Translations under genes and position numbers: made by a program
IMG/VR virus record: IMGVR_UViG_3300033145_003233
Location: 186,001 to 250,000 of that record
Direction: 5' to 3' (one strand)
DNA: 64,000 nt
Notes under the pieces: generated by a model
Told to the model about the DNA's origin: nothing
Databases searched by the model: none
Seen by the model: the letters and a program-made list of their open reading frames with translations, nothing else
In this document: in pieces, positions 51,077 through 61,214 of the stretch
Position numbering within the stretch: position 1 is the first letter of the stretch
How the letters are laid out: each line of letters opens with the position of its first letter

Positions 51077-52820
51077 TTACCCCCAATAAGTATAAATCAT
51101 AGGTCTTAGTTCTTGGATTGTCTTATAAAAATCTTTAAAAATATCTAGCCAATAAATATGTAATACAATTGAACCGGCAATTACAGGACGATAATATGTT
51201 TTATAATAATCCAATTTATCTCCTGATAATAAGGGTGGAGTCTTTTCTGTCCATATTCCTATTGCCATGTTATACTCCCCTCCATTCATGTAATCAGGAT
51301 ACCCTTCTTTTCCATATTTTGGACTACCTGGAATATGAATTATTCCCTGATAAGGCCATATACCACATCTATGAGTCAAATCCTTAACGCTATCCTGAGA
51401 TTCATCGCATTCATAATAGTCCATGATATCATCATACCTACCCCAGTCCTGATGAGTTAAATGACGAAACATCATAACATTGGACATCCCATATTCTCCA
51501 CGAACAACAGGTCTTATAAATTTGGACTTATCTATTTTCCCATCTTCTATCTTTCCAAAAATAAAAGTCATGTCCAATGAGCTAGAAGATCTACCTTCTT
51601 CTCTCCCATCAACCTTATCAACTATATTTTTACATTCTTCTTTATTATTTTGAACCCAGTTTATAAAACCTTCAAAGTCTCCCTCCTTCTTGTAAAAAAT
51701 ACTTGGCTTAAATGCTTCCACATTTAACCTATGGTCAATAGGAATATCCTTCTCATCACACTTAATATCTGTTAATCCCCATCCTATTACTTTATGAATT
51801 CTTGTTCCCACTTAACTACTCCTTACTTTCTTTTTGGGGTTCAGGATGATCTCTCATCTCTTCAAAAGCCCACCTTATTTGATGAAAGGCAGATTCTACC
51901 CATGGATAAAGACCTATATAAGAATCACCGCGACCAAATTCTTCCCACTTAGCTATAAATCCCCCGTCCCTACTATCTTGATATGTTGTTTTAAAATTAG
52001 TTTTTTTATACCACCTCAAATCTGGTCTGTGTGGGCCGTATTTTTGCCCCGGCAAATTATCACTGAAATTTTCGACTAACCATCGTGCATGCAAAATTGC
52101 CATTCTCTTCCCTCTCTTTTTAAACTCCCTTTCTTCTTGTTTGTCCCATTTGTCTTCTGGCTTTAGGTATCTATCCCAATATCGATAAATATACCAGTTA
52201 GGAGGAGTTTTTTCTAACCCCGGAGTTACATAGAATTTCTTTACCACTATATAGTTAAGACTTTGTGATTCCAGAGCAAAGACATGAAGATTCTGTACTA
52301 ACTCAGGGTAATTTTTGCAAACTACCTTTTTGGAGGGAAGATAAAAGATATGATTATCCATATCATTATATTCATATTGATTATTCTCGGTATATTTATA
52401 TTCTACCAATTTTTGATAAATAAAATCCATGTCCTCAAAATTCTCTTCAAATTCCTCTGCCACAAAGTTTTCACAAACCCACTCTAAATAAAGTTGCCCT
52501 ATCCATCTATCTTTCTCTCCAAAATCAAAGTACTTAAGAGCTTTTGCTATGATCTTAGGAGCACTTATGCTACTCCCACCACTCTCCTCTTGTGCTTCTG
52601 GATAATATCTTTTGCACCATCTTAAAAGAGCTTTCGTGGCTTTTGCTTCATGTATCCTTTCTCTCTCCAAATAATCCATTCCCATTATCTTTTCTATTTC
52701 TGTTTTTTGCTTTTTAGTTAGCTTTTTCTTTTTAGGGACTTTCTTTTTCCCTTTCCTCCATGCCACCATCTTATTCTTTGCTTTCTTTACTTTCTTTTTT
52801 TTCTTTGTCATATTATTCAC
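51077..52820 (-). CDS. Two hypothetical proteins (51077-51811, 51816-52820)
   Basis: Long ORFs that fit the gene packing. Confidence 0.7.
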
Positions 52821-54128
52821 CTAATTATCTAATGATTTTCTAAAAATATTACTCCATGCCTTCCGAGACAAATAATCATAAAATCCTGACAAGGGAAGCC
52901 TTACCAGAATAAATAGAAAATATCTCAGTATGGGAAATTCAACAACCAACATAGCTAAAGCATACAATCTACCTATTAATTTGTAATCAGAGGTATAGGG
53001 ATAATTGATTTTAAACCTATTAAAAGTAGAACTTAATATAGAAGATTTAACATTGTCATCAAAAAATGCCGCTCCTGGGTATGGCTGAAAAACAGTAAAT
53101 TTACCAACATCAGGTTTTAATTTAAGAATCATATCAATAGTTTCTAGTGATTCTTTGTACGTCTCAGAAGGAGATCCGAACATAGCATATGTATGAAACT
53201 TAATCCCACACTTTTTAACTAACTCTATTTTCTTATAAATAAAATCATTCGTTAAGTTCTTACCTAATATCGAATTACGTATATGCTCATTACCACTTTC
53301 TACACCTATCCCTATTTGATAACATCCAGTTTCTACTAATTTTGCTAACAACTCCTCCGTGATAATTTCAAATCTAAGATGACACCAATATGGCAAATCT
53401 ACTTCTTCTGAATATCTATCCAAGAATTCTGAAGTCCACTTTTTGTTGGCCCCAAATGTTTCATCAAAAAATTCTATCCTTTTAGCATTCCCTTTGTAGG
53501 TATTTATTTCTTCAAAAATATCATCCATGTCCCTGAGTCTATAATATTTATTATTAAAAAGACTGTTTATTCCCTTGTTTGTACAAAAATTACAATTGTA
53601 GGGACATCCTCTAGCACAAGATATATATAAAGAATCTTCTAAAACAGTTTTATAATTATTATAAATTCTTCTGGAAGGGATTGGTATCTCATTACTTGGC
53701 AATAATTCTCCCAACTCATTCCTTTGCCCTTTTGTCCATAAAGATGGAATATTAAATGTGGATATATTTTCATCAATATTATTTAATAAAGTTAAAAGGG
53801 GTTTCTCTCCTTCTCCCATACAAATCATATCAATATTCTCATCAAAAACAATGTCAGGGTACGATGTGGGATGAGGCCCACCTACAACAGTCACAATCTT
53901 ATTATTTATACCTTTAACTTTTTTAACCATGTCCAAAAGCCAGCAATGATTAAGTGTAAGAGAATAAATCCCTATTACATGAGGATCAAAAGACTGAATC
54001 TTATAAGGCAACTTCCCATGACCGTCCATAAAAACATCACATTCATGTTTATCTTCGATATAAGAAGTCAATGTCATAATACTCAACCATCTTATACTAT
54101 CATTCTGAAGGAATAGAATCCTTGCCAT
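52821..54128 (-). CDS. Cobalamin-binding (class B) radical SAM protein
   Basis: VVGGPHPT, GEGE, RGCPYNCNFC, GVESG, YAMFGSPSET. Confidence 0.92.
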   Translation of the reverse strand: MARILFLQNDSIRWLSIMTLTSYIEDKHECDVFMDGHGKLPYKIQSFDPHVIGIYSLTLNHCWLLDMVKKVKGINNKIVTVVGGPHPTSYPDIVFDENIDMICMGEGEKPLLTLLNNIDENISTFNIPSLWTKGQRNELGELLPSNEIPIPSRRIYNNYKTVLEDSLYISCARGCPYNCNFCTNKGINSLFNNKYYRLRDMDDIFEEINTYKGNAKRIEFFDETFGANKKWTSEFLDRYSEEVDLPYWCHLRFEIITEELLAKLVETGCYQIGIGVESGNEHIRNSILGKNLTNDFIYKKIELVKKCGIKFHTYAMFGSPSETYKESLETIDMILKLKPDVGKFTVFQPYPGAAFFDDNVKSSILSSTFNRFKINYPYTSDYKLIGRLYALAMLVVEFPILRYFLFILVRLPLSGFYDYLSRKAWSNIFRKSLDN

Positions 54129-55331
54129 TTTTATTATCCTTCTCCCCCGTAACGCTCTTAGTCCTCTCCTCCAGAGTTTCCCATACTTCTAATGCAGCTT
54201 TTAAATAAGTTCCTACATAACCCACATAGCTTTGCACAAACTGTTTTAACGTTCTTCTTCTACCTTGCTCCATCCCTAGTTGGACTGCTAATCCTATTAT
54301 TTCTTCATAAACATCTCTTCCTTGATCTTCTTTAGAATAAGTCAGATGCCAAGCATCTAAAGTTTCGCTAGGATGTATATTAGCACATCTCTCAGTTTTT
54401 CCCCTATCTAAACCTTCCCATTCAATCCCTTCTTCATAAACCTTATCTCCCTTTTCCATAGCAGTTCTCAAAGCTTTTAGAAGAGGATCTGTAACATCAT
54501 TAAACATAACTGGCTCTCCATCTGAGGGCCATGGCTTATTGTTTCCTTCTTTAAAAGGCTCTTTTGTATTCATTCTGAAAATCCCCTTGCCTGAGAGTAG
54601 AGAGGGGCCAGTAGAGCCATGCCATCTATTAACCCAGACATGTACCCTCTTATATAATCCTCTCCCCCGCATTTTTCTGGATTGTTTTTTAAATTTTTCT
54701 CTGCTGCTTTATATTTCTTTTCTAATCGCTCATAATCCCTTTTCCGTTCTTCTGTTCTTTTATCTATTGCAGAATTTTCACTCATTTAATCTCCCCTTCC
54801 ATATCTAACATATCAAAGCGATTAGACTGAGACTCATCAGAAGATACTTCAACAACCTCTCCTTGCTCTGGCTCCTGTGATCCCCCAAATACAACATCAG
54901 TCACTTCTACCTTAAAAATTTTCATAATAGATGAAACGATTCTTAGACACAATAACATAGAAGCGAACACAGGCCAGAAAGCAATCAATAACATACCATT
55001 ATCATCAACTGAGAAAACTTGATTAGTAACCCTATAATAAAGAGCTACCACAATAATCCCCAATAGGAAATATAACACAGCCCCCGCTGCTAAAATCAAT
55101 TCTAGCCCCATCCCCATATCCTCTTAAATCTAACTATCCAAATGGACAGTCGCAATGATCATCTACTGTGCCACAATCTGGACAAATTTTCTTACTTTCT
55201 AACATCCTAAGATATTTCTCACTATCTCTCTTGTAAGCTGTTCTATCTTTACGTAGATTTATTATCTCTCCGTCTCGTACTTTGAGAATCTTAATTAAAT
55301 CTTCTTTAGTTCTACCTATATCATATTCCAT
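54100..55331 (-). CDS. Four hypothetical ORFs (54100-~54573, 54570-54785, 54782-55117 TM with RF motif, 55134-55331)
   Basis: ORF track; 54782 ends NRFDMLDMEGEIK. Confidence 0.65.
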
Positions 55332-55332
55332 A

Positions 55333-56448
55333 TTATTCGTCAGAGAAGTCTACTACTTCCCCCTTCGCCTCTTTTTTATTCTTCATAAGAAGATAATCTT
55401 CATTAAGCATTTTTAGAATAGCCCTACCGCAAGACCATTCTTCTCTTTCTTTTAGAGAGCAAATAACTATACCTTCTCTAATATGGTCAGCACCATTTCT
55501 TTTAGCGAGAAAAGAAGGGCCTGTAGAAAGGCCTTTCATCAAATTCATATTAAATGACCCCTCGATAATAAGAGGAACCATAGGGACAGAAAAAGCCTTA
55601 CATAGATTATTAAATAGTTCCCAATCAACATACTTACCATCTATCTTCAATGAAAATGCCACAAAGTTAAGAGAATTAGGTTTTCCATAATGCATAGATT
55701 TATGTCCACCTCTTACTCTTCCATACACTTCTCCGTATAGAGTAGCACTTTTCTTGCAGCCATAACGAGGATCATTACCTAAAGCCGAAAGAAGATATTT
55801 AACTGACTCAAGAGTAAAGGGATACCAGTAGCTATTAGAAAGCATTTCTTCATCTGTAGGCATTTTTCTCTTAACCCTATGAGAACCACCTTTCCACTCT
55901 AGTTCTCCTTCCTCAGATTTGAAGAAGCCTATCCTACAATTAGTCCCATCTATTTTTTCTGTAACACAAACTTCCTCTCCCTTTTCAAAAATATCAGGGA
56001 AATTTCTGATATTCTCTATGTCTGTATATTTAGTAAACAGAGGGTCATCGGGAGCAGCATCTCCAGCCATAGCTCTTAGAGGTGGTTCGTATTTAGTAAT
56101 TCCATAATGTTCAGCTACATCTGTCCCTACTTCCCAATTTTCTTCGTTATTTATAATCAGTCCGTAAGACATCGCCCCACGAAGTCTGGCACACCTAACG
56201 CGATTGTGAAGTTTACCTCCGAGATAGTTACCCACTCCAAGTCTCTCTACAAGTTCGAGAGGAAGCACAGCATCAACAGGGATATAAACAACAATATCTC
56301 CTACTTTATAATCTCCCTTGCCAACTATGCACTCCCATCCCTTGACAACGGCAATTTCTAGCCTGTCAGCATTCTCGTGCGAGAGAACTTCTTTTATATC
56401 ACAAACTTCTACTATTAAACTACTGCTCATCCTTCTTCCTTTCTTCAT
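55333..56448 (-). CDS. RNA ligase, DRB0094 family
   Basis: N-terminal H.NADRLE...GW...V.KG; TEKIDGTN, REGIVI, KMLNEDYL. Confidence 0.9.
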   Translation of the reverse strand: MKKGRRMSSSLIVEVCDIKEVLSHENADRLEIAVVKGWECIVGKGDYKVGDIVVYIPVDAVLPLELVERLGVGNYLGGKLHNRVRCARLRGAMSYGLIINNEENWEVGTDVAEHYGITKYEPPLRAMAGDAAPDDPLFTKYTDIENIRNFPDIFEKGEEVCVTEKIDGTNCRIGFFKSEEGELEWKGGSHRVKRKMPTDEEMLSNSYWYPFTLESVKYLLSALGNDPRYGCKKSATLYGEVYGRVRGGHKSMHYGKPNSLNFVAFSLKIDGKYVDWELFNNLCKAFSVPMVPLIIEGSFNMNLMKGLSTGPSFLAKRNGADHIREGIVICSLKEREEWSCGRAILKMLNEDYLLMKNKKEAKGEVVDFSDE

Positions 56449-57193
56449 CCTTCAATCTTTTTTTTGCTTCATCAACTGTTTCAGAGATATCTTCCCATTG
56501 AGCATCTCTATCATCTGGAGAGCCACAAAAACTAATCTCTGAGAGTATAGCTCCAAAAACCTCAAAAACAGTAAATCTATTTTTACCTTCTACTACTGGC
56601 TCTTCATTCCCACATGTGTTCTCGGGTCTAATTATAAAATCTTCATTTAATTTAAGAGGCAAATGTTTCATTCTATACAAAGGAGTAAACTCTATTGCAA
56701 AACTAGTATAGGGCATATCAGGATCGAATGGTTCTTCTTCACTCGGTTCGTGTTTGCCCCATCCATGTACACCAACAGCAATACTTACCTCATTAACATC
56801 ATCATCTTTAGGTTCGGTTAATTTCTTACCGAACATCGGGTCTTTATCATTTTTATGTTTTTCATAATAAAGAGCATAATCAAATTGATCGATATCCCAG
56901 CTACAAAAGATATAGTCTAAATCTTCTTCACTATCTGGAGGACAATCTTTTTTAATTTCTTCCAAAAATGGTTCTAACGGAAATCTTCCAAGATGAGAAC
57001 TAAAAATAATTTCCATTATTTCCTCTTCCTCTTCTATTATAGAGAAAAAGTCCAGCAAGGTAAAATCTTCATCTATTTCTACAACATCGCTAAGATGAGA
57101 AATTATACTCTCTACCTTCTCATGAACATAATTTTTATGCCCAGGAATATAGTTATTTGTATAAAATATTCCACTTTTCGTCAAAGTTATCAT
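56420..57193 (-). CDS. Acidic conserved phage hypothetical protein
   Basis: ORF downstream of a box promoter. Confidence 0.7.
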   Translation of the reverse strand: MITLTKSGIFYTNNYIPGHKNYVHEKVESIISHLSDVVEIDEDFTLLDFFSIIEEEEEIMEIIFSSHLGRFPLEPFLEEIKKDCPPDSEEDLDYIFCSWDIDQFDYALYYEKHKNDKDPMFGKKLTEPKDDDVNEVSIAVGVHGWGKHEPSEEEPFDPDMPYTSFAIEFTPLYRMKHLPLKLNEDFIIRPENTCGNEEPVVEGKNRFTVFEVFGAILSEISFCGSPDDRDAQWEDISETVDEAKKRLKDEERKKDEQ

Positions 57194-57195
57194 AT

Positions 57196-57232
57196 ATTCT
57201 ATTTCTACTATTTTCTACTTGTCTGGAAAATT
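57196..57232 (-). promoter_or_regulatory. Box promoter TTTTCCAGACA-N18-TAGAAT, embedded in the MTase 3' end
   Basis: CAGACA at 57225-57220; the box encodes ...INFPDK*. Confidence 0.7.
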
Positions 57233-58234
57233 AATTAGTCTTTCCCTAGTCGCCTTACAATACTCAGGATTCAAATCTATACCTAAATACTGCCTATTTA
57301 ATGACTTAGCGGCAAGACACACTTGCCCACTTCCACAGAATGGGTCTAAAATTATATTATTTTCTGCTGAGAGTAATAATATCAGTTCTCTTATCACTTT
57401 CAAAGGAAAAACAGCCGGATGATCAATATTTTTAGTATTAGCTACAGAAGTCTCTATTGCATCTCTTTTTATCTTATTCCCATGCATCTTGATTATAGTA
57501 TAGCCTTGCAACTCTATTTGGCTGTTACGCCCACCAGATTGGCCACCAAAGGCTTTTTTATGGATTCCCCTTATCTTCATACGGAAATCTGTTATTTCGC
57601 CCCTATGAAGCTCTGAGAGGGCTTCTGCAATACCCGCCCTTGCCCTATACTTCTCAATATCTGTTAAATCAGATGTGGCTATTAATTCTAAATATCCAGC
57701 TCCCTTTTTAGGACTTATTTTCTTAGGAAGTGTATTCTCCCTTACAAGAAAAGCATCTCTATTATAATAATAATCATCACTTTTAACGAAGTGAAAAAAT
57801 GGTTCTGTGGAACTTACTAATCTTCTTTTGTATTGACGAGGAGTAGGATTAGATTTTACCCATGTGATATCATTTATGAGTTTCATCTCTTCCATGAACT
57901 CTTTAACTGTTAGAGCAAAACGATAAGGAATAAGTTGTAAATCTCCATCAATATATTTATCACCGATATTAAAAATGATATTACCAGTAGGCTTACAAAC
58001 CCTCGCACAATTACTAAAAATTACAAATAAGTTATGTAAGTAATCAGAAATGTATTTTTCAGTACCTATCTCTTCATCTACATTAGGGATATATTTTCTT
58101 TGTCCAAAATATGGTGGAGAAGTAATAATTAAATCAACACTATCAGAATCTATTTTCATTAACTCTGTATAAGCATCTCCACATCTAATTTCATTCATTA
58201 CAATATTTTTCCTGTAGCCTGACATTTTCCGCAA
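57215..58234 (-). CDS. Beta-class DNA methyltransferase (N4-C/N6-A)
   Basis: ITSPPYF, HPAVFP, ILDPFCGSG. Confidence 0.92.
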   Translation of the reverse strand: MRKMSGYRKNIVMNEIRCGDAYTELMKIDSDSVDLIITSPPYFGQRKYIPNVDEEIGTEKYISDYLHNLFVIFSNCARVCKPTGNIIFNIGDKYIDGDLQLIPYRFALTVKEFMEEMKLINDITWVKSNPTPRQYKRRLVSSTEPFFHFVKSDDYYYNRDAFLVRENTLPKKISPKKGAGYLELIATSDLTDIEKYRARAGIAEALSELHRGEITDFRMKIRGIHKKAFGGQSGGRNSQIELQGYTIIKMHGNKIKRDAIETSVANTKNIDHPAVFPLKVIRELILLLSAENNIILDPFCGSGQVCLAAKSLNRQYLGIDLNPEYCKATRERLINFPDK

Positions 58235-58434
58235 GACTCCTTATGTTTAATTGTGTCTCCCCATATATCATGCTCCCATTTCCGAATTCCAGTCCCATCA
58301 CATTGGTCACATTCTTTAACCATTCTTATAGCTTCATTAAGACGTTCTCTTACTTTCCAGATATTATTTTGTGCTGCAAATCTTTTAGAACTATTTAACA
58401 AGCTTATAATTTTTTTCCCTTTTTCTTTTGTCAT
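58198..58434 (-). CDS. DnaJ-type Zn-finger small protein
   Basis: CDQCDGTG...CGKCQATG. Confidence 0.65.
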   Translation of the reverse strand: MTKEKGKKIISLLNSSKRFAAQNNIWKVRERLNEAIRMVKECDQCDGTGIRKWEHDIWGDTIKHKESCGKCQATGKIL

Positions 58435-58446
58435 CTCTTCCCCTCT

Positions 58447-58854
58447 CTAAAAATCCATATTCTTAAAACGCTCATCATAATGTCTTAATTTTTTAATCGC
58501 TAGAATAAAATCTTTTCTTTCTTTTTCAAGAGTTTGTATCGCTCCTTCTTGATTCTTTACTCTCTTCTTTAATTCTTCATTCTCACTCTCTACTCTATGG
58601 AACGCTTCTCTATAACCGTCTTTCTCCCTTTCTTCATCCTCGAAATAATATTTCCAAGAATTAACCTCTTCTTCTAACTTCTCTACTTCGTCTCTATGTT
58701 TCTGAAATACACCATCAGAACAATCCATAGCCTCATCCCAACTAAGATTGTAGCGATGTGCAAAATCTGTAAAACAACTTATAGAGCAAAATCCATGATA
58801 GTTATTAATAGAAAATTTATTACAATTTCTGCAAAGTATAGTTAAATCATTCAT
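58447..58854 (-). CDS. Zn finger plus coiled-coil protein with terminal RF motif
   Basis: CRNC...FCSISC; ends ERFKNMDF. Confidence 0.7.
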   Translation of the reverse strand: MNDLTILCRNCNKFSINNYHGFCSISCFTDFAHRYNLSWDEAMDCSDGVFQKHRDEVEKLEEEVNSWKYYFEDEEREKDGYREAFHRVESENEELKKRVKNQEGAIQTLEKERKDFILAIKKLRHYDERFKNMDF

Positions 58855-58859
58855 CTATT

Positions 58860-59369
58860 TTAAAAGGGACAATCATCTTCGGCTTCTTTGGCTTCTGCCT
58901 CGTAGGGATTATAATTAGAGTCCCAATCTCCATCATCTTCTTTTTCATCCAGACCTGCTATCCCAGAAGGAATTGGTTTATCTATAGCGTCTACAGGATT
59001 TAAATCTATATTACCAAAACGGTCATCAGCATTTCTAAATAAAGTTAAAAGAGACTCTTCTTTCTTGCTATAATGGAATTTAAGATACTTATCATCATCG
59101 CTCACAGAAACTTTCCAGTCAGAATATCGGTCTTTTATAAGAGCTACTAAGGCATCTTGATAATGTTCTGGAAAATATTGATCACCAATAGCAGTGGTAT
59201 CTGTAGTTCCTATAATGATATCTCCTATAGAGATACGAGCTATTCCCTGTTCTCTCAATTGTTCAAAGTTCAGAACTAGCAATTCATCTATATTTTTTTC
59301 ATATTTCTTAAATAGGTTATAAGTCCGTTTAACATATTCTTCTTCTGCTTGTTTTTTATTATATGCCAT
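58860..59369 (-). CDS. Hypothetical protein with RF motif and acidic ...DDCPF tail
   Basis: DRFGNIDL internal; SSB-like C-terminus. Confidence 0.7.
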   Translation of the reverse strand: MAYNKKQAEEEYVKRTYNLFKKYEKNIDELLVLNFEQLREQGIARISIGDIIIGTTDTTAIGDQYFPEHYQDALVALIKDRYSDWKVSVSDDDKYLKFHYSKKEESLLTLFRNADDRFGNIDLNPVDAIDKPIPSGIAGLDEKEDDGDWDSNYNPYEAEAKEAEDDCPF

Positions 59370-59371
59370 AG

Positions 59372-59564
59372 TTATAAATCCAAAATTTCAAATCTACTTT
59401 CTATAGGATCACATATCCCTAATCTTGGTGTTGCTATAGAGAAATAATAAGCATCCTGACACTCTACGCTGCAAAATTGGCGGGCCACAGCACCGACATT
59501 ATCATAAATGCTAATTTGAGTAGCGGTTCATGTCGCAATATGCACAATCACCTATAAGAAACAT
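59372..59564 (-). pseudogene. Frameshifted small Zn-finger gene with terminal RF motif
   Basis: Frame 0 MFLIGDCAYCDMN...; +1 frame ATQISIY...FCSVECQ...ESRFEILDL*; span of 193 nt (3n+1). Confidence 0.6.
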
Positions 59565-60019
59565 TATATATCTAACAATTCATATCTAAAGATAGATTTA
59601 GCATGTTTCTCTACCATCTCATTGATATTTTTCACTTCTTCTCTTATCTCTTTTTTAATATCTCTAACTTGTGTTTTAAGAGCAAGGATAGCTAGTTTTA
59701 AGGATTCTTTCTCTTTTTTTAATTCTTCGAGAGTTGACATAATTTTTTGTGATTCCGTTTTTATATGTTGTTCCAATTCTCTATTCAGCCATTTCTTTAT
59801 TTCTTTCTCTACTTTTTTAGAGGGGAAACGATCCTTCATGCCATAACAGTTAGCATCTGTAGATGAGACAGCGGGTACAGCGGGAACAGTTGTCCAATCA
59901 TTTATATTAGAAGTAGAAGTAGATGCTGAAATTTTTGGATTATAGTTAGATATCAGATCTTCTAAGGTCTTCTCTTTATACATGTTATATTTACCGTGAT
60001 AACTTGGCATCTTTGGCAT
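59564..60019 (-). CDS. Coiled-coil protein with terminal RY motif
   Basis: Ends FRYELLDI. Confidence 0.7.
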   Translation of the reverse strand: MPKMPSYHGKYNMYKEKTLEDLISNYNPKISASTSTSNINDWTTVPAVPAVSSTDANCYGMKDRFPSKKVEKEIKKWLNRELEQHIKTESQKIMSTLEELKKEKESLKLAILALKTQVRDIKKEIREEVKNINEMVEKHAKSIFRYELLDI

Positions 60020-60021
60020 CT

Positions 60022-60522
60022 TTACAAATCTATTATGTCAAAACGATCATAATATTCTGACAACTCTTTATTCTTTTCTTCTAACTCTGATATTCTTATC
60101 ATCATATCTGCTCTAGTTATTTTATTTTTCTTAATTTTGGCTCTGAGATCTTTTATTTGTTTCTTGGATTTTGTCAAGGCATGTTGCAGCCCCTTCTTCT
60201 TCTCAGAAACCAACTTCAACTCTGCAATAAGATCTGCCTTGGTTTTATTAGTTGTTTTAGTTTTTCTCTTTTTCTTGGATGCAATTATCTTCTTAAGCTT
60301 CTTTGTCAAGGCCTTAGTTTCTTTTTGATCATCATGACCATACGAAGTTGCTCCATCTCCTATGTTCTTATAATACCCATCAACATATGCTGCTAGCTTC
60401 TCGATCTCCCCAAACATATTTTTATCAGTTTCGCTCATCTTGATAATCTGTACCAGCTCTTCTTGCCACTTGTTGTTGAAGTAATCTGCCATCTCCCATC
60501 CGACATTTCCCTCTTCGCCCAT
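60022..60522 (-). CDS. Coiled-coil protein with terminal RF motif (true start probably MSETDK, ~60438)
   Basis: Ends DRFDIIDL; ATGA overlap with the upstream ORF. Confidence 0.7.
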   Translation of the reverse strand: MGEEGNVGWEMADYFNNKWQEELVQIIKMSETDKNMFGEIEKLAAYVDGYYKNIGDGATSYGHDDQKETKALTKKLKKIIASKKKRKTKTTNKTKADLIAELKLVSEKKKGLQHALTKSKKQIKDLRAKIKKNKITRADMMIRISELEEKNKELSEYYDRFDIIDL

Positions 60523-61211
60523 TCTTGCATTCTTTCATTATCACTTGTAAGCCACTCTTCAAACACACAGAGTGATTGAACTACTGGATTATCATAATAA
60601 CTATCTAACAGCAGCCCCGATTCTTCTATCTCCCATCTCTTCATTATTATCCATTTCGAAATATAACCGCCTGTTATATAACTTATCGTCATGGATAATA
60701 ACATTTAAGAAATAATTCATACTTCGCCCTTCTCTTCCCAGAATTTATCTCTTATTATATTTAAGATAACCTCTTCTTTTCCAAACTGCCTATCTTTATC
60801 AACTATACCTCCCCATCCATTAGCAAATACTTCTTGTGTATATTCAAGAAAACTAAAACCATATTTCTCCACTAATTTTTCTGCTATTTCTTCAAAGATA
60901 TCAGAGAAAGTAGAATACCATCTGTAACCACAAATATCTATATAATCTTCTACACTAGTATGTCCTGCAAATACCCCATTTTCGTCACAAGATTTTTTAA
61001 ACCAATCTCTCATCCACTCCAAATCTTTTTCCCTTATTTCTCCTTCTTCATAATCGAGAACATCCTTATCCTTTTCCCGGAGAAGGACGTCCATCACAGC
61101 ATCTATAACTACTTGATTAAATGTTTTTTTGGTAAAATAATTAGGATGAGATAATTCTATAGTGTCGCTCTCTTCTTCGCTCGTATGACCTATTCTATAT
61201 AAATATGACAT
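60435..61211 (-). CDS. Two hypothetical ORFs (60435-~60644, 60717-61211)
   Basis: ORF track; start of the first is uncertain. Confidence 0.55.
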
Positions 61212-61214
61212 ATT

